Source: a virus. From it: a stretch of DNA of 64,000 nucleotides. The stretch's first letter is position 1. Each line of letters begins with the position of its first letter. Where the stretch lies: positions 32,001-96,000 of IMG/VR virus record IMGVR_UViG_3300022752_000025; one strand, written 5' to 3'. The notes below the pieces were generated by a model. It was not told where the DNA came from. It did not search any database and worked only from the letters and a program-made list of their open reading frames with translations. A program made the translations under genes and the position numbers. Positions 7,846 through 16,052 of this stretch are shown here, piece after piece.

Positions 7846-8232
7846 CTATGCTACAATGTTTTGATTTTCTGTCAAGAGATTTTTGCGTGGGCGACCACGG
7901 CCACGCTTTTCTCCGCTGGGCAGAATTGCTGTTGCATTATAGTTTGTTAATTTCTCTTGTAGTTCGCCGAAACGCTTGTTTGCATCTTCTATAGTCGTGC
8001 AAGTAAAAGCCCAATCGCCCCATTGACTATCGCTAGGATACATTTCAGCGGGAGGCATTTTTACGCCAGCAATCTCATACCCATTATGACGCTTAATTGC
8101 TACAACTTCATAGTGATAGTTTTCGCTCTCACCATCATCAAGTTGTTTTTTGTAAATAGCGATGTCGCCATCACGCTTTACTTGTTGAAGTTTGAAACCT
8201 TTACTTGTAAATGATTCTTCAAGAATTTTCAA
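7846..8232 (-). CDS. Phage protein with C-terminal AT-hook
   Basis: KRGRGRPRK; YPSDSQWGxWAFT motif. Confidence 0.75.
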   Translation of the reverse strand: MKILEESFTSKGFKLQQVKRDGDIAIYKKQLDDGESENYHYEVVAIKRHNGYEIAGVKMPPAEMYPSDSQWGDWAFTCTTIEDANKRFGELQEKLTNYNATAILPSGEKRGRGRPRKNLLTENQNIVA

Positions 8233-8399
8233 TTTTTACTCCTTCTGGAAGCCAGCCTTTTGGATCAAGGTTTTCTCCAATATAGCCAACTTGGGACTCT
8301 TGCTTGGTTTTGGGGTCAATAGCATAAAGAGCATAGCCACCTTCAGCCAGCTTCTTTACTTTAGTAATGTTCATATAAAGATTATAGTATAGTTTTAGA

Positions 8400-8738
8400 T
8401 TAATTCAAGACAAAAATTTCTCTACCAATCACCCCAGCCCATTTTGCTTTATATACTGGTTTTTTAGTATCGGCATAAACAAAAGATTTATACTTGTAAG
8501 GATTATATGTCACAAGCCTCTCTCCGTGAATAGGCCATCCATCGTCTCTATGTCCGCATACAAAAGCGTGAACATTTTTTCTTTTTTCTTTTAAGACCCT
8601 ATCCCTACCAGCTTGGCTTACTCTAAATTCAACATCTTTAAGAAAGAACTCTGAACTATGCTCTAATACTTTTCCTTTTAGCATAATAGAAAGACAATGC
8701 TTATGCAGATTATAATAAACTTTATGTTTTGCTCTCAC
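8400..8738 (-). CDS. Conserved hypothetical phage protein
   Basis: VYYNLHK...FRVSQAGRDRVLKEKRKNVHAFV...YNPYK motifs. Confidence 0.8.
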   Translation of the reverse strand: MRAKHKVYYNLHKHCLSIMLKGKVLEHSSEFFLKDVEFRVSQAGRDRVLKEKRKNVHAFVCGHRDDGWPIHGERLVTYNPYKYKSFVYADTKKPVYKAKWAGVIGREIFVLN

Positions 8739-8779
8739 TAACTTAACTATAAGATAAATTCTATAAATGTCAAGCTTTA

Positions 8780-8852
8780 TAAGCAGTTGATAGTCAATGA
8801 CTTACAGCGGCGAGGTCCCCCCGCGCGCAAGTCCTTGATAGACAACGACTTA
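8780..8852 (+). repeat. 73-bp double-palindrome element, copy 7
   Basis: taagcagttgatagtcaatgactta + 23-bp cagcggcgaggtccccccgcgcg + caagtccttgatagacaacgactta. Confidence 0.95.
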
Positions 8853-8871
8853 TAATTAGTCAAATTTAGAC

Positions 8872-8901
8872 AAAAAGATGCGAGGGGTTTTGCCCCTCGC
8901 A
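8872..8901 (-). terminator. Intrinsic terminator after DUF932 gene
   Basis: tgcgagggg-tttt-gcccctcgca hairpin plus U-tract on minus strand. Confidence 0.75.
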
Positions 8902-8924
8902 CTTGTTAAGGTTTACGTTTTAGT

Positions 8925-9782
8925 TTAGGCGATCAGTTTCAAGAGGTCTTCGTCACGGGTTTGACCGCTGAAGACTTTGAGCAGATCACGATTCACACGC
9001 TCGCTGTACTCATAACGCTCTTGCGAGACATTGCGAGTCAGGAACTGAGTTGAAGCGTTGTAGAGGTTGTAGAGGTTGCGAGGCTTGTCCTCATCATACT
9101 GAGGATTCAGCCACACCGCCTCGATCCCTTCACGCACCTTGCCAGAGATAATGTCTTTCTCTTCCAGCTTGGTGAGCAGTTTCAGACCGTTCTCATTCGA
9201 GAGATCCTTCAGGGCAAGCCTGTTGAAAATCTCGGCAGACTGGTCAACGTTTGACATAGCCTTGAGAAGCGCATCATTAACGAAATCCAGATTGACAGCA
9301 AGCGTATGCCGCTTAGTCATGCTGAACTCCTTAGTGAGCGAGGTCATGCCATTCTCGCAAACGAGACGAAGGAAGCCAAGGGTGAGAGACACACGGCAAG
9401 AGCGATCATAACTGTTGTTAACAGTCAGACGCAAGCCGAGAATGTCACCTTTCTTACGGTCTCCCACGGGCTTGAGTTTGGTCTCAAACTTGGGGAAATC
9501 ATAAGATGCATAGAAGCGAGCCCCATCACGCACAACGATCTTCTTCGAGTTGAACTCGGAGAGCCTATCATGCTTGACGAGATTGGTTTCCACCATCTCA
9601 ACGAGGTCTGCATTCTTCACCACACCATACTGCTCGGTGCAAACTCCGAGTGTAATGGGTTCGGCGGTGTCACGGCGCACCATGCCGAAGTATCCTGTCC
9701 TCTTGCCGTCAGTTGTGAGGAGTGGCTCTTGGTGTACGTCAAAATCGTATACACTTTGAGCGGGTTTTGTTTTTCTAGCCAT
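8925..9782 (-). CDS. DUF932/DUF945-family protein
   Basis: NSYDRS, RLVCENG, LYNLYNASTQ motifs. Confidence 0.8.
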   Translation of the reverse strand: MARKTKPAQSVYDFDVHQEPLLTTDGKRTGYFGMVRRDTAEPITLGVCTEQYGVVKNADLVEMVETNLVKHDRLSEFNSKKIVVRDGARFYASYDFPKFETKLKPVGDRKKGDILGLRLTVNNSYDRSCRVSLTLGFLRLVCENGMTSLTKEFSMTKRHTLAVNLDFVNDALLKAMSNVDQSAEIFNRLALKDLSNENGLKLLTKLEEKDIISGKVREGIEAVWLNPQYDEDKPRNLYNLYNASTQFLTRNVSQERYEYSERVNRDLLKVFSGQTRDEDLLKLIA

Positions 9783-9888
9783 AAGTTAATCATACTATAC
9801 TTTTATAATCTGACAAGAAAAAAATAAATGTCATAAGATACTAAATATCATAGGTTTAAGACTTTTTGCTAAAATAATTTTATATCTG

Positions 9889-9961
9889 TAAACCCTTGAT
9901 TATCAACGACTTGCGCGCGCGGGGGGCCCGCCGCCCTAACTATATAATAATTAAGTACTTA
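9889..9961 (+). repeat. 73-bp double-palindrome element, copy 8
   Basis: taaacccttgattatcaacgacttg + 23-bp cgcgcgcggggggcccgccgccc + taactatataataattaagtactta. Confidence 0.9.
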
Positions 9962-10411
9962 TGTCAACTTAAATTTAATATTACTTCTTCTGTACTCTCT
10001 TACTTTTCTCATAGCATATAAACTAGCATCAACTTCACATAATTTAGCTTTAGTTCCCATGTTATATTTTCTTATCTTTTTAATACCATGATAGAACTTA
10101 CCTTTCTTATATTGATAAATATGTCTTAATTCATGAGCAATTAATTCAATTAAACTTTCTTCCCAAGTATATGTATTAACTTCTAAATATCCTCTAAATC
10201 CACCACTCTTATATGGTTTAATATATTTATTATATGCTGGGACTCCTACATGAAGTCTCATACTGCCCCATGCTCTGCCGTGCCAACCTAATTTAGTATT
10301 ACCAATATCTATTTTTCTGATGTCTTTAAGGAACACCCCTTGAGGCATACACCATTTAATAATTTCTTTTAATTTATCAGAACAATATGAGGTTGTATTA
10401 ATGAGCTTCAT
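9959..10411 (-). CDS. Zincin-like (HExxH) metalloprotein (start corrected from 10453)
   Basis: LIAHELRHIYQ plus downstream E(VDA); leaderless promoter above MKLINT. Confidence 0.7.
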   Translation of the reverse strand: MKLINTTSYCSDKLKEIIKWCMPQGVFLKDIRKIDIGNTKLGWHGRAWGSMRLHVGVPAYNKYIKPYKSGGFRGYLEVNTYTWEESLIELIAHELRHIYQYKKGKFYHGIKKIRKYNMGTKAKLCEVDASLYAMRKVREYRRSNIKFKLT

Positions 10412-10437
10412 AAACTCAAATATACAATAAATTAAAA

Positions 10438-10638
10438 TTAAGTCAAGGCACAAAGTTCTGCTTCTAGTCTTTTCCTTTCACTAGCTAAATCTTTTAATTT
10501 TTTTGCATTATCTTTAACTTCACCATACCCTTTTTCAACAGAGTCAATAACTTTCTGAATATTATCATTAATAATACTTAACTGATCTTCATTTATCTTT
10601 TTGAGCTTATCTCGAAGCTCTTGATATGAATATGTCAT
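10438..10638 (-). CDS. Hypothetical coiled-coil protein
   Basis: TTGACA-N16-TATCAT-N6-ATG. Confidence 0.75.
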   Translation of the reverse strand: MTYSYQELRDKLKKINEDQLSIINDNIQKVIDSVEKGYGEVKDNAKKLKDLASERKRLEAELCALT

Positions 10639-10668
10639 AGGTTTATGATATATTAAATTAATTAGATG

Positions 10669-10884
10669 TCAAGCGCAGGCTTTATTGACTAGATACATAG
10701 CAAATGCTTCTTCTAAAATCTCGCCCTGCTCGCCAAGTATTCTGTTGTGATTCTTATCAAAGATATTAGTTTTGATATTAAAACCAGCATTATTTAGCGA
10801 AAGCTCACAATAGTAATCTTCGCCATTATGGTTCCAAGGTACTGTTCTATACGATACAGGAGTGTACATTTGTTTTTTGGTCAT
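10669..10884 (-). CDS. Hypothetical protein
   Basis: TTGACA-N16-TATTAT-N6-ATG. Confidence 0.75.
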   Translation of the reverse strand: MTKKQMYTPVSYRTVPWNHNGEDYYCELSLNNAGFNIKTNIFDKNHNRILGEQGEILEEAFAMYLVNKACA

Positions 10885-10909
10885 AAGATAATAATATATT
10901 AAATTAATT

Positions 10910-11110
10910 TTATGTCAAACCAAAAGGCACAGAATTAGTTTGTCTTACAATAACAGGATGTCCTTCATCTAATATATCTATCCTATAATCAGTAAGATAC
11001 ATTGTAGCTTTATAGAACTCACTATCTATTTGAACAGTTATATCACTATTTAGTTGAGCTTCATTTAGCTTTTGGAGTTTATTTAATAAATCTCTGTATG
11101 TAATTGTCAT
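10910..11110 (-). CDS. Hypothetical protein
   Basis: TTGACT-N16-TATATT-N6-ATG; N-terminus similar to 10438..10638. Confidence 0.75.
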   Translation of the reverse strand: MTITYRDLLNKLQKLNEAQLNSDITVQIDSEFYKATMYLTDYRIDILDEGHPVIVRQTNSVPFGLT

Positions 11111-11144
11111 GTATTTAATATAATCTAAATTATTATTTAGTCAA

Positions 11145-11684
11145 TTAATAAAGATCTATTGGTGGTCCTACTAAATCTAGTATTACTGTAACATTTTCTC
11201 GTCCAAACATAGTTAATCCGCTCCCAGCAATCCAAGAATCATCTCCCACTCTAGCATGAATCGTCAAGAGTAAATTATTATCATAATATTGAAAGGTGGC
11301 CGTCTCGAAAATGGTCTTAGGACCATAACAATAAACCGTTTGAATTGGAGTGCTTGCGAATGTATAACCGTAAATATTAGTAATATTAGAAGGTATTATT
11401 ATATTAGTAAGATTAGCACATCCAATAAATGCGCTGGTGCCAATACTGCTTGCGCTATTTCCTATTAAAACTTTATCAATTGAGGTAAAAATTTGAAAAT
11501 AGGCTGGTATATTTCCCTCTAATGTTTGAATTAAATTCGAGTCTTGAAAAGTAGAGGTATAAGATGTGGTTGGAATATATTGGTATGGTGATTGTGATGC
11601 TCCGCCAATTATTTTTTTCTTTGGGACGTATATATTAACACCCCTTTTAAAAGATCCTAATTGTTTTGTTCCCTTCACTATCAT
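11145..11684 (-). CDS. BspA-type leucine-rich-repeat protein
   Basis: SIGTSAFIGCANLTNIIIPSNITNIYGYTF repeats; GTGTAAT-N7-ATG. Confidence 0.75.
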   Translation of the reverse strand: MIVKGTKQLGSFKRGVNIYVPKKKIIGGASQSPYQYIPTTSYTSTFQDSNLIQTLEGNIPAYFQIFTSIDKVLIGNSASSIGTSAFIGCANLTNIIIPSNITNIYGYTFASTPIQTVYCYGPKTIFETATFQYYDNNLLLTIHARVGDDSWIAGSGLTMFGRENVTVILDLVGPPIDLY

Positions 11685-11842
11685 AAAAAAGATTACACTT
11701 TATATAATATAAATTCTTATTTAGTCAATTTCTTTTTCTTAGAAGGTTTATTCCACGTAGGTTTGCTCCATATACTATGAATCATTTTAAGGTATCGCCT
11801 TCTTTCTGCCCAAGTCATTTCATAGTTTTGGAATATCATATA

Positions 11843-12043
11843 TTATTTAATTCTAGTATAAGTAGCTTTTATTTTATTAAGCCACGCTTTGCACTCTTTT
11901 AATTTAGGAAAATATAATTCTTCTGCTGGTTGGCATCCATCATATTTAGCCATATATACTGGCTTATCAACATATTCTTCCTCATAACCACCGCCAAATA
12001 AATAAGGATTTTTATTTATTACTTTTTGAATGGTATAGTGCAT
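11843..12043 (-). CDS. Hypothetical protein
   Basis: ORF track, abutting neighbour. Confidence 0.65.
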   Translation of the reverse strand: MHYTIQKVINKNPYLFGGGYEEEYVDKPVYMAKYDGCQPAEELYFPKLKECKAWLNKIKATYTRIK

Positions 12044-12250
12044 CTATTTAGAATATATTAAATTGTTAATATTTTCAATGATATTCTTATCTCGAACAAT
12101 ATTTCCTTCTGAGTCTCTTACAGATAATTTTACTCCTGCAAAAGCTACCCAAGTTCCTTTACATGGTTTAACAACACTATATATGTTATTATTATCTTCT
12201 ATCGTATAAGAAGAATAATCTGTATTATCTTGTTGATTAAGTATTTTCAT
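12044..12250 (-). CDS. Hypothetical protein
   Basis: ORF track. Confidence 0.65.
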   Translation of the reverse strand: MKILNQQDNTDYSSYTIEDNNNIYSVVKPCKGTWVAFAGVKLSVRDSEGNIVRDKNIIENINNLIYSK

Positions 12251-12261
12251 TTAGTCAATAT

Positions 12262-12296
12262 AAAAAACAAGGGCTAGGGTTTTAATCCTAGCCCAA
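12262..12296 (-). terminator. Intrinsic terminator
   Basis: gggctagg/cctagccc hairpin followed by U-tract on minus strand. Confidence 0.75.
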
Positions 12297-12685
12297 GGCC
12301 GTGTTCCCCGAAGGTACTAGCGGGCGGTGTACATTATGTTACACTTTTTGTAATGTAATGTCAAGTTTAATAATGATTAAGATAAATATAAATAGCGGTG
12401 AATATTACAATAATAAAAGAAACTATTGTGTCTCCTGTGATCATACAAATGGCAATATTAATCCTGCGATAACAAAGCCAAAAGCAATCAACATAAGAAC
12501 ATCAGCAATAATTTTAGTCATTTATCTTTTCTTCCATAGTCAAACTTACTTTCCATATAGATATATCATCATCACTAAAAGGAGATAATTGTTTTCTCAT
12601 GGGTTCAGCTTCATCTATACTGGAATATATTCTATGACAAGATAACCTATTATTGTTATCAAACAACGCATAACCATATTTTGTT

Positions 12686-12841
12686 TTACTCATTAATCCA
12701 CTCCAATAGATGATCTAATTCATGAATAGTAGTTTGTAATTCATGCACAGCATCTTGGTTGTTATCATGCTCAATCATGAGTGCTTTATATTCTGCAATC
12801 CTATTATTGATTTCTTGGACTATTTGATTACTCGTTTTCAT
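12686..12841 (-). CDS. Hypothetical protein (start corrected to MKTSNQ)
   Basis: Overlaps end of 12828..13061. Confidence 0.6.
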   Translation of the reverse strand: MKTSNQIVQEINNRIAEYKALMIEHDNNQDAVHELQTTIHELDHLLEWINE

Positions 12842-13061
12842 CTTCGTCCTCCTCGCACTCGACATCAATAGCTTCGAAGGTATAATCAACCTCGTCCCAA
12901 TCAAGGGCAAAGCCATTTGCGTCTGTGCAATTCTCGGCAAGCTCCATAGCCTTGTCAATCGCTTCAGCATCATTGATGGCTTCCACCTCGATGTCTACTT
13001 CTGCGATCTGGTTGCGTTGCATACGAATCGTGAATTTCTTTGTATTTTCGGTGTTGTTCAT
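12828..13061 (-). CDS. Acidic hypothetical protein
   Basis: IEVEAxxDAEAIDKA motif; TTGACT-N16-TATAGT-N6-ATG. Confidence 0.75.
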   Translation of the reverse strand: MNNTENTKKFTIRMQRNQIAEVDIEVEAINDAEAIDKAMELAENCTDANGFALDWDEVDYTFEAIDVECEEDEDENE

Positions 13062-13091
13062 ATATCTACTATAATGTATTTTTTAATATAG

Positions 13092-13358
13092 TCAAATACT
13101 ATTTTTGATTAATTCTACTTTCCAGTTTTTAGTAATCCAGCTAGTAATCATATCAGTATAATAAGTAGTAGTAATCTGCCACAAGTCTCTTTCGATCCTA
13201 ATCCTATCAAAGCTATAATAGATATATTGATTAACCAATTTGCCTGTGCCATAATTGCTATCAAGCACATCTATTTTAATATTAGTTAAGGTTTTTGGAA
13301 TAGAGACACGGATCTTTCCTCCAACAGCATATTCGCCAATCTTGAATGTTTTAGTCAT
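13092..13358 (-). CDS. Hypothetical protein
   Basis: TTGACA-N16-TATATT-N6-ATG. Confidence 0.75.
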   Translation of the reverse strand: MTKTFKIGEYAVGGKIRVSIPKTLTNIKIDVLDSNYGTGKLVNQYIYYSFDRIRIERDLWQITTTYYTDMITSWITKNWKVELIKNSI

Positions 13359-13395
13359 ATAATTAATATATGCTAAATTTATATTTTGTCAAGCT

Positions 13396-13469
13396 CGGAA
13401 CCGAAGGGACTTGAACCCTCACTCCCCGCCGTGACAGGGCGGTGCTTTAACCAGTTAAGCTACGATTCC
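13396..13469 (-). tRNA. tRNA-Asp(GTC)
   Basis: GGAATCG..CGGTTCC-G, loop CT-GTC-AC. Confidence 0.92.
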
Positions 13470-13696
13470 TCAATCTTCGATGCTTTGAAGCTTTCACACT
13501 CGAATCCTATGATATCTTTTATTGCTTGACCGCCTCTGCAATTAAGATTACCAAAACCAATGCTTGCTTTATATTTATTTAAGTCTACTATAATACTATT
13601 TGGAAGAATACCATTGATTATTCCATTTGGTTGTTTGTAAACTATGTCGTATAACTTATATTTCAAAATAAAAAAATATGGTTTCGGCGACACCAA
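13460..13696 (-). CDS. Hypothetical protein (start uncertain; stop overlaps tRNA-Asp)
   Basis: ORF track. Confidence 0.45.
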   Translation of the reverse strand: MVSPKPYFFILKYKLYDIVYKQPNGIINGILPNSIIVDLNKYKASIGFGNLNCRGGQAIKDIIGFECESFKASKIEES

Positions 13697-13699
13697 AAA

Positions 13700-14042
13700 A
13701 CGCTCACAGGATATATGGTTGTTACAGGGTTCCGCTTTGCAACAACATCCAATCTGTGATCTACTGCGGAAAACTTTCCACTAGGATCTCAGCGTCCTAA
13801 CACGCATCAGGCCCGAAAGGATAGACCTGCCATAGTGATTCGGTTAGTTCAACCATTTTCTCTTGAGGGACAATCCACGGCTCGCCAATTACGAGGCGAT
13901 GTTAATCCTTGGTTTGGGTTGGATAACCCTTTAATTAACCCCCATTGATATCAAAGAATTGCAGGGAACGAAAGACCATTAGGTGATCAACTCCTAACAT
14001 ATCTTCCAATACATCCTCTCGCAACCGAGAGTTTGCCCTGCA
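13700..14042 (-). ncRNA. Putative large structured ncRNA(s)
   Basis: GC-enriched ORF-free gap with at least ten predicted helices and a TTGACA promoter near 14072-14077. Confidence 0.6.
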
Positions 14043-14237
14043 TCTTTATATATTAATTGTTTTTTGGTTTTTTGTCAATAGTATTTTCTATCACTTCAGA
14101 AATTCCTTCAAAAATATTACTAAAAAAACAGAAAATATTATTGCAATCACCATAGTTTAAGTTCTCCTCGAATTGTTTTTTGCTCATACAACCTATTATA
14201 CATCAAATACAATATTTTGTAGAACTATTTTTTTATT

Positions 14238-14309
14238 CTGCCTAAATAGGACTCGAACCTATAACCATACCGTTAACAGCGGTACGCTCTACCATTGAGC
14301 TATTAGGCA
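14238..14309 (-). tRNA. tRNA-Asn(GTT)
   Basis: TGCCTAA..TTAGGCA-G, loop CT-GTT-AA. Confidence 0.92.
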
Positions 14310-14314
14310 AAAAT

Positions 14315-14390
14315 TGCGAAGGTTTACGATACCCCCAAACGATTCGCTTATTACGGAAGCGACCACCGATGACCTCACCATCACCTCACA
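14315..14390 (-). ncRNA. tRNA-like cloverleaf lacking canonical D/T loops
   Basis: 7-bp closing stem, three hairpins, 76 nt, 5 nt upstream of tRNA-Asn. Confidence 0.5.
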
Positions 14391-14539
14391 CAACAAATTT
14401 ACTTTTTCTTATTTTTAAAATAGTCTGAATGAAAATATCTAATTTGTTTATCAGTGAATTTCTTTTCAGCGTATACATAGAATGTATTGCCAATTAGAAT
14501 AACAATAAATAATTTAATTAACTTGGACATATATATACT

Positions 14540-14893
14540 TTAGGCCAATTCTAGTTCGCTGTCAAGTTTCTTGGTTTTGCCCATCCAACTTTCGGGCATA
14601 ATATTCTTAAACCAATCTTGCATCGAAGGAATACGACCCAAATCTTCTAGCACATGCTGTTCGCCAATCCAACGAGTAGGAATCTTTTTGCCGTTGGTAG
14701 ATAATTTGATCGTGTGACCAAATATCCTCTCACACATAAAGATGCCCTCGGCGTGATGACGCAACGCACGATGGCGGAAGTCTGCCATCATCATCTTGCT
14801 CTCATCAAACCAATCGTGAATCTTCTGATAATCAGATGGGACTCCTCCCCATTTTTTAACAGAGGATAATGAGTGATGGTAAGGATTAGCCAT
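14540..14893 (-). CDS. DUF6915-like protein
   Basis: ANPYHHSLSSVKKWGG, IHDWFDESK, RHRALRHH, EQHVLEDLG. Confidence 0.75.
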   Translation of the reverse strand: MANPYHHSLSSVKKWGGVPSDYQKIHDWFDESKMMMADFRHRALRHHAEGIFMCERIFGHTIKLSTNGKKIPTRWIGEQHVLEDLGRIPSMQDWFKNIMPESWMGKTKKLDSELELA

Positions 14894-15393
14894 TAGAATA
14901 TCTCCTCGGTAGTATTCACGCTTTCGATACGCTCATTAAACTCAAGACTAATCTTGCGATTAAGAACATCAAAGCTGAATGTGCCATAAGAACCTTCGTT
15001 GATCTCCCATCCCATATGCTTTGAAGCTAACTTATCATAGCATACCTCGTGAACAAGCTCCTCAACGCAACCTTCTCGAATTGGCAATTCCTCCATTTTC
15101 TTGGTCTTATCATTCCAATGATACCCTGCTTCTAGCCTAGACCCTGGAACTTTGCCGACTGGAGTAGCCACATCTTTGCCCCTATGGTCAAGATATTCTA
15201 CGCCGTTGATCTGTCCACTATCGCCACAACCATCAAATGTTGCATTGATAGTCGCAATTCTTGATTCTTGCAAGAAATCAAATAATGCTTTGGCGTTGTG
15301 TTGAACTGCTTGCTGTTTAGTTAGACGCTCTTGGGCTATCTGTTGATAGATGTCGTTCATCTTCGGCATTTTAACTTTTTTGGATTTGCTCAT
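14893..15393 (-). CDS. DUF6878-like protein
   Basis: FDGCGDSGQI and GWEINEGSYGTFSFDV; coupled to DUF6915-like gene. Confidence 0.7.
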   Translation of the reverse strand: MSKSKKVKMPKMNDIYQQIAQERLTKQQAVQHNAKALFDFLQESRIATINATFDGCGDSGQINGVEYLDHRGKDVATPVGKVPGSRLEAGYHWNDKTKKMEELPIREGCVEELVHEVCYDKLASKHMGWEINEGSYGTFSFDVLNRKISLEFNERIESVNTTEEIF

Positions 15394-15789
15394 ATAAAGA
15401 GCATACCACAAACTAAAATATCGTCAAGACTTGCGTTTCTTTTTCTTTTTCTTGAACAGATTAAAGATATCACACTTATAATCATATAGCTTTCCACAAG
15501 CCCAATAAGTGCTATACATCGATATCCAAAGTACCAGAGCTAATCCTAAGACTCTTATTTCAGTAGATCCAATTAAATTTTCAGTTACAATTAATAGCAT
15601 ATATTTAAACCCTTGGTGTTAATCCTTTCACACGAATCTTGTCTAGAAGAATTTCCAATTGATCAATCACATCTTCGTGACCGTAACTTTGTCTGTGCTT
15701 AACCTCTGAAATCTTGTCTACAACACAATCTTGAATTAATCTCCACTCATCTAGAGATAGGTTATTTTGCTTCATTTGATTAGTTTATT

Positions 15790-16050
15790 TTATTTATTTA
15801 ACTTAGTCAATTTAATTTTTGTATATCTATTATAAGAACCAATTCTATTAATCTTATTTACAGATAGATGTTTCTTATTTCGCTTCTTAAAAGTCTTATA
15901 TCTTTTCTTTATTTTTTGTTTCTTATTTAGCCAATAATGAATAGGCGTTGTGTCTACATAGTAATATTTCGCATAAAGGTATTTATAAATAGGAATAATA
16001 CTAATTAGCCCCGCACTAATTAAAAAAGCATAAGCATATATTTGGTTCAT
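15790..16050 (-). CDS. Membrane-anchored basic protein
   Basis: N-terminal TM, Lys-rich tail. Confidence 0.6.
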   Translation of the reverse strand: MNQIYAYAFLISAGLISIIPIYKYLYAKYYYVDTTPIHYWLNKKQKIKKRYKTFKKRNKKHLSVNKINRIGSYNRYTKIKLTKLNK

Positions 16051-16052
16051 AT

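Noticed and set aside
9834-9858. Possible extra degenerate 25-bp box (taagatactaaatatcataggttta)
   Set aside because: Too many mismatches and 30-bp rather than 23-bp spacing to the next box
834-9961. 73-bp elements as a CRISPR array
   Set aside because: Copies are 0.2-3 kb apart with genes between, the 23-bp spacers resemble each other, and no cas genes are seen
834-9961. 73-bp elements as canonical integron attC or Xer dif sites
   Set aside because: No consistent RYYYAAC/GTTRRRY ends, box symmetry is not 11-6-11, cassettes carry promoters and both orientations, no integrase in window
13700-14042. tmRNA or RNase P RNA
   Set aside because: No tRNA-Ala-like ends or T-loop and no GAGGAAAGUCC-type P4 signature found
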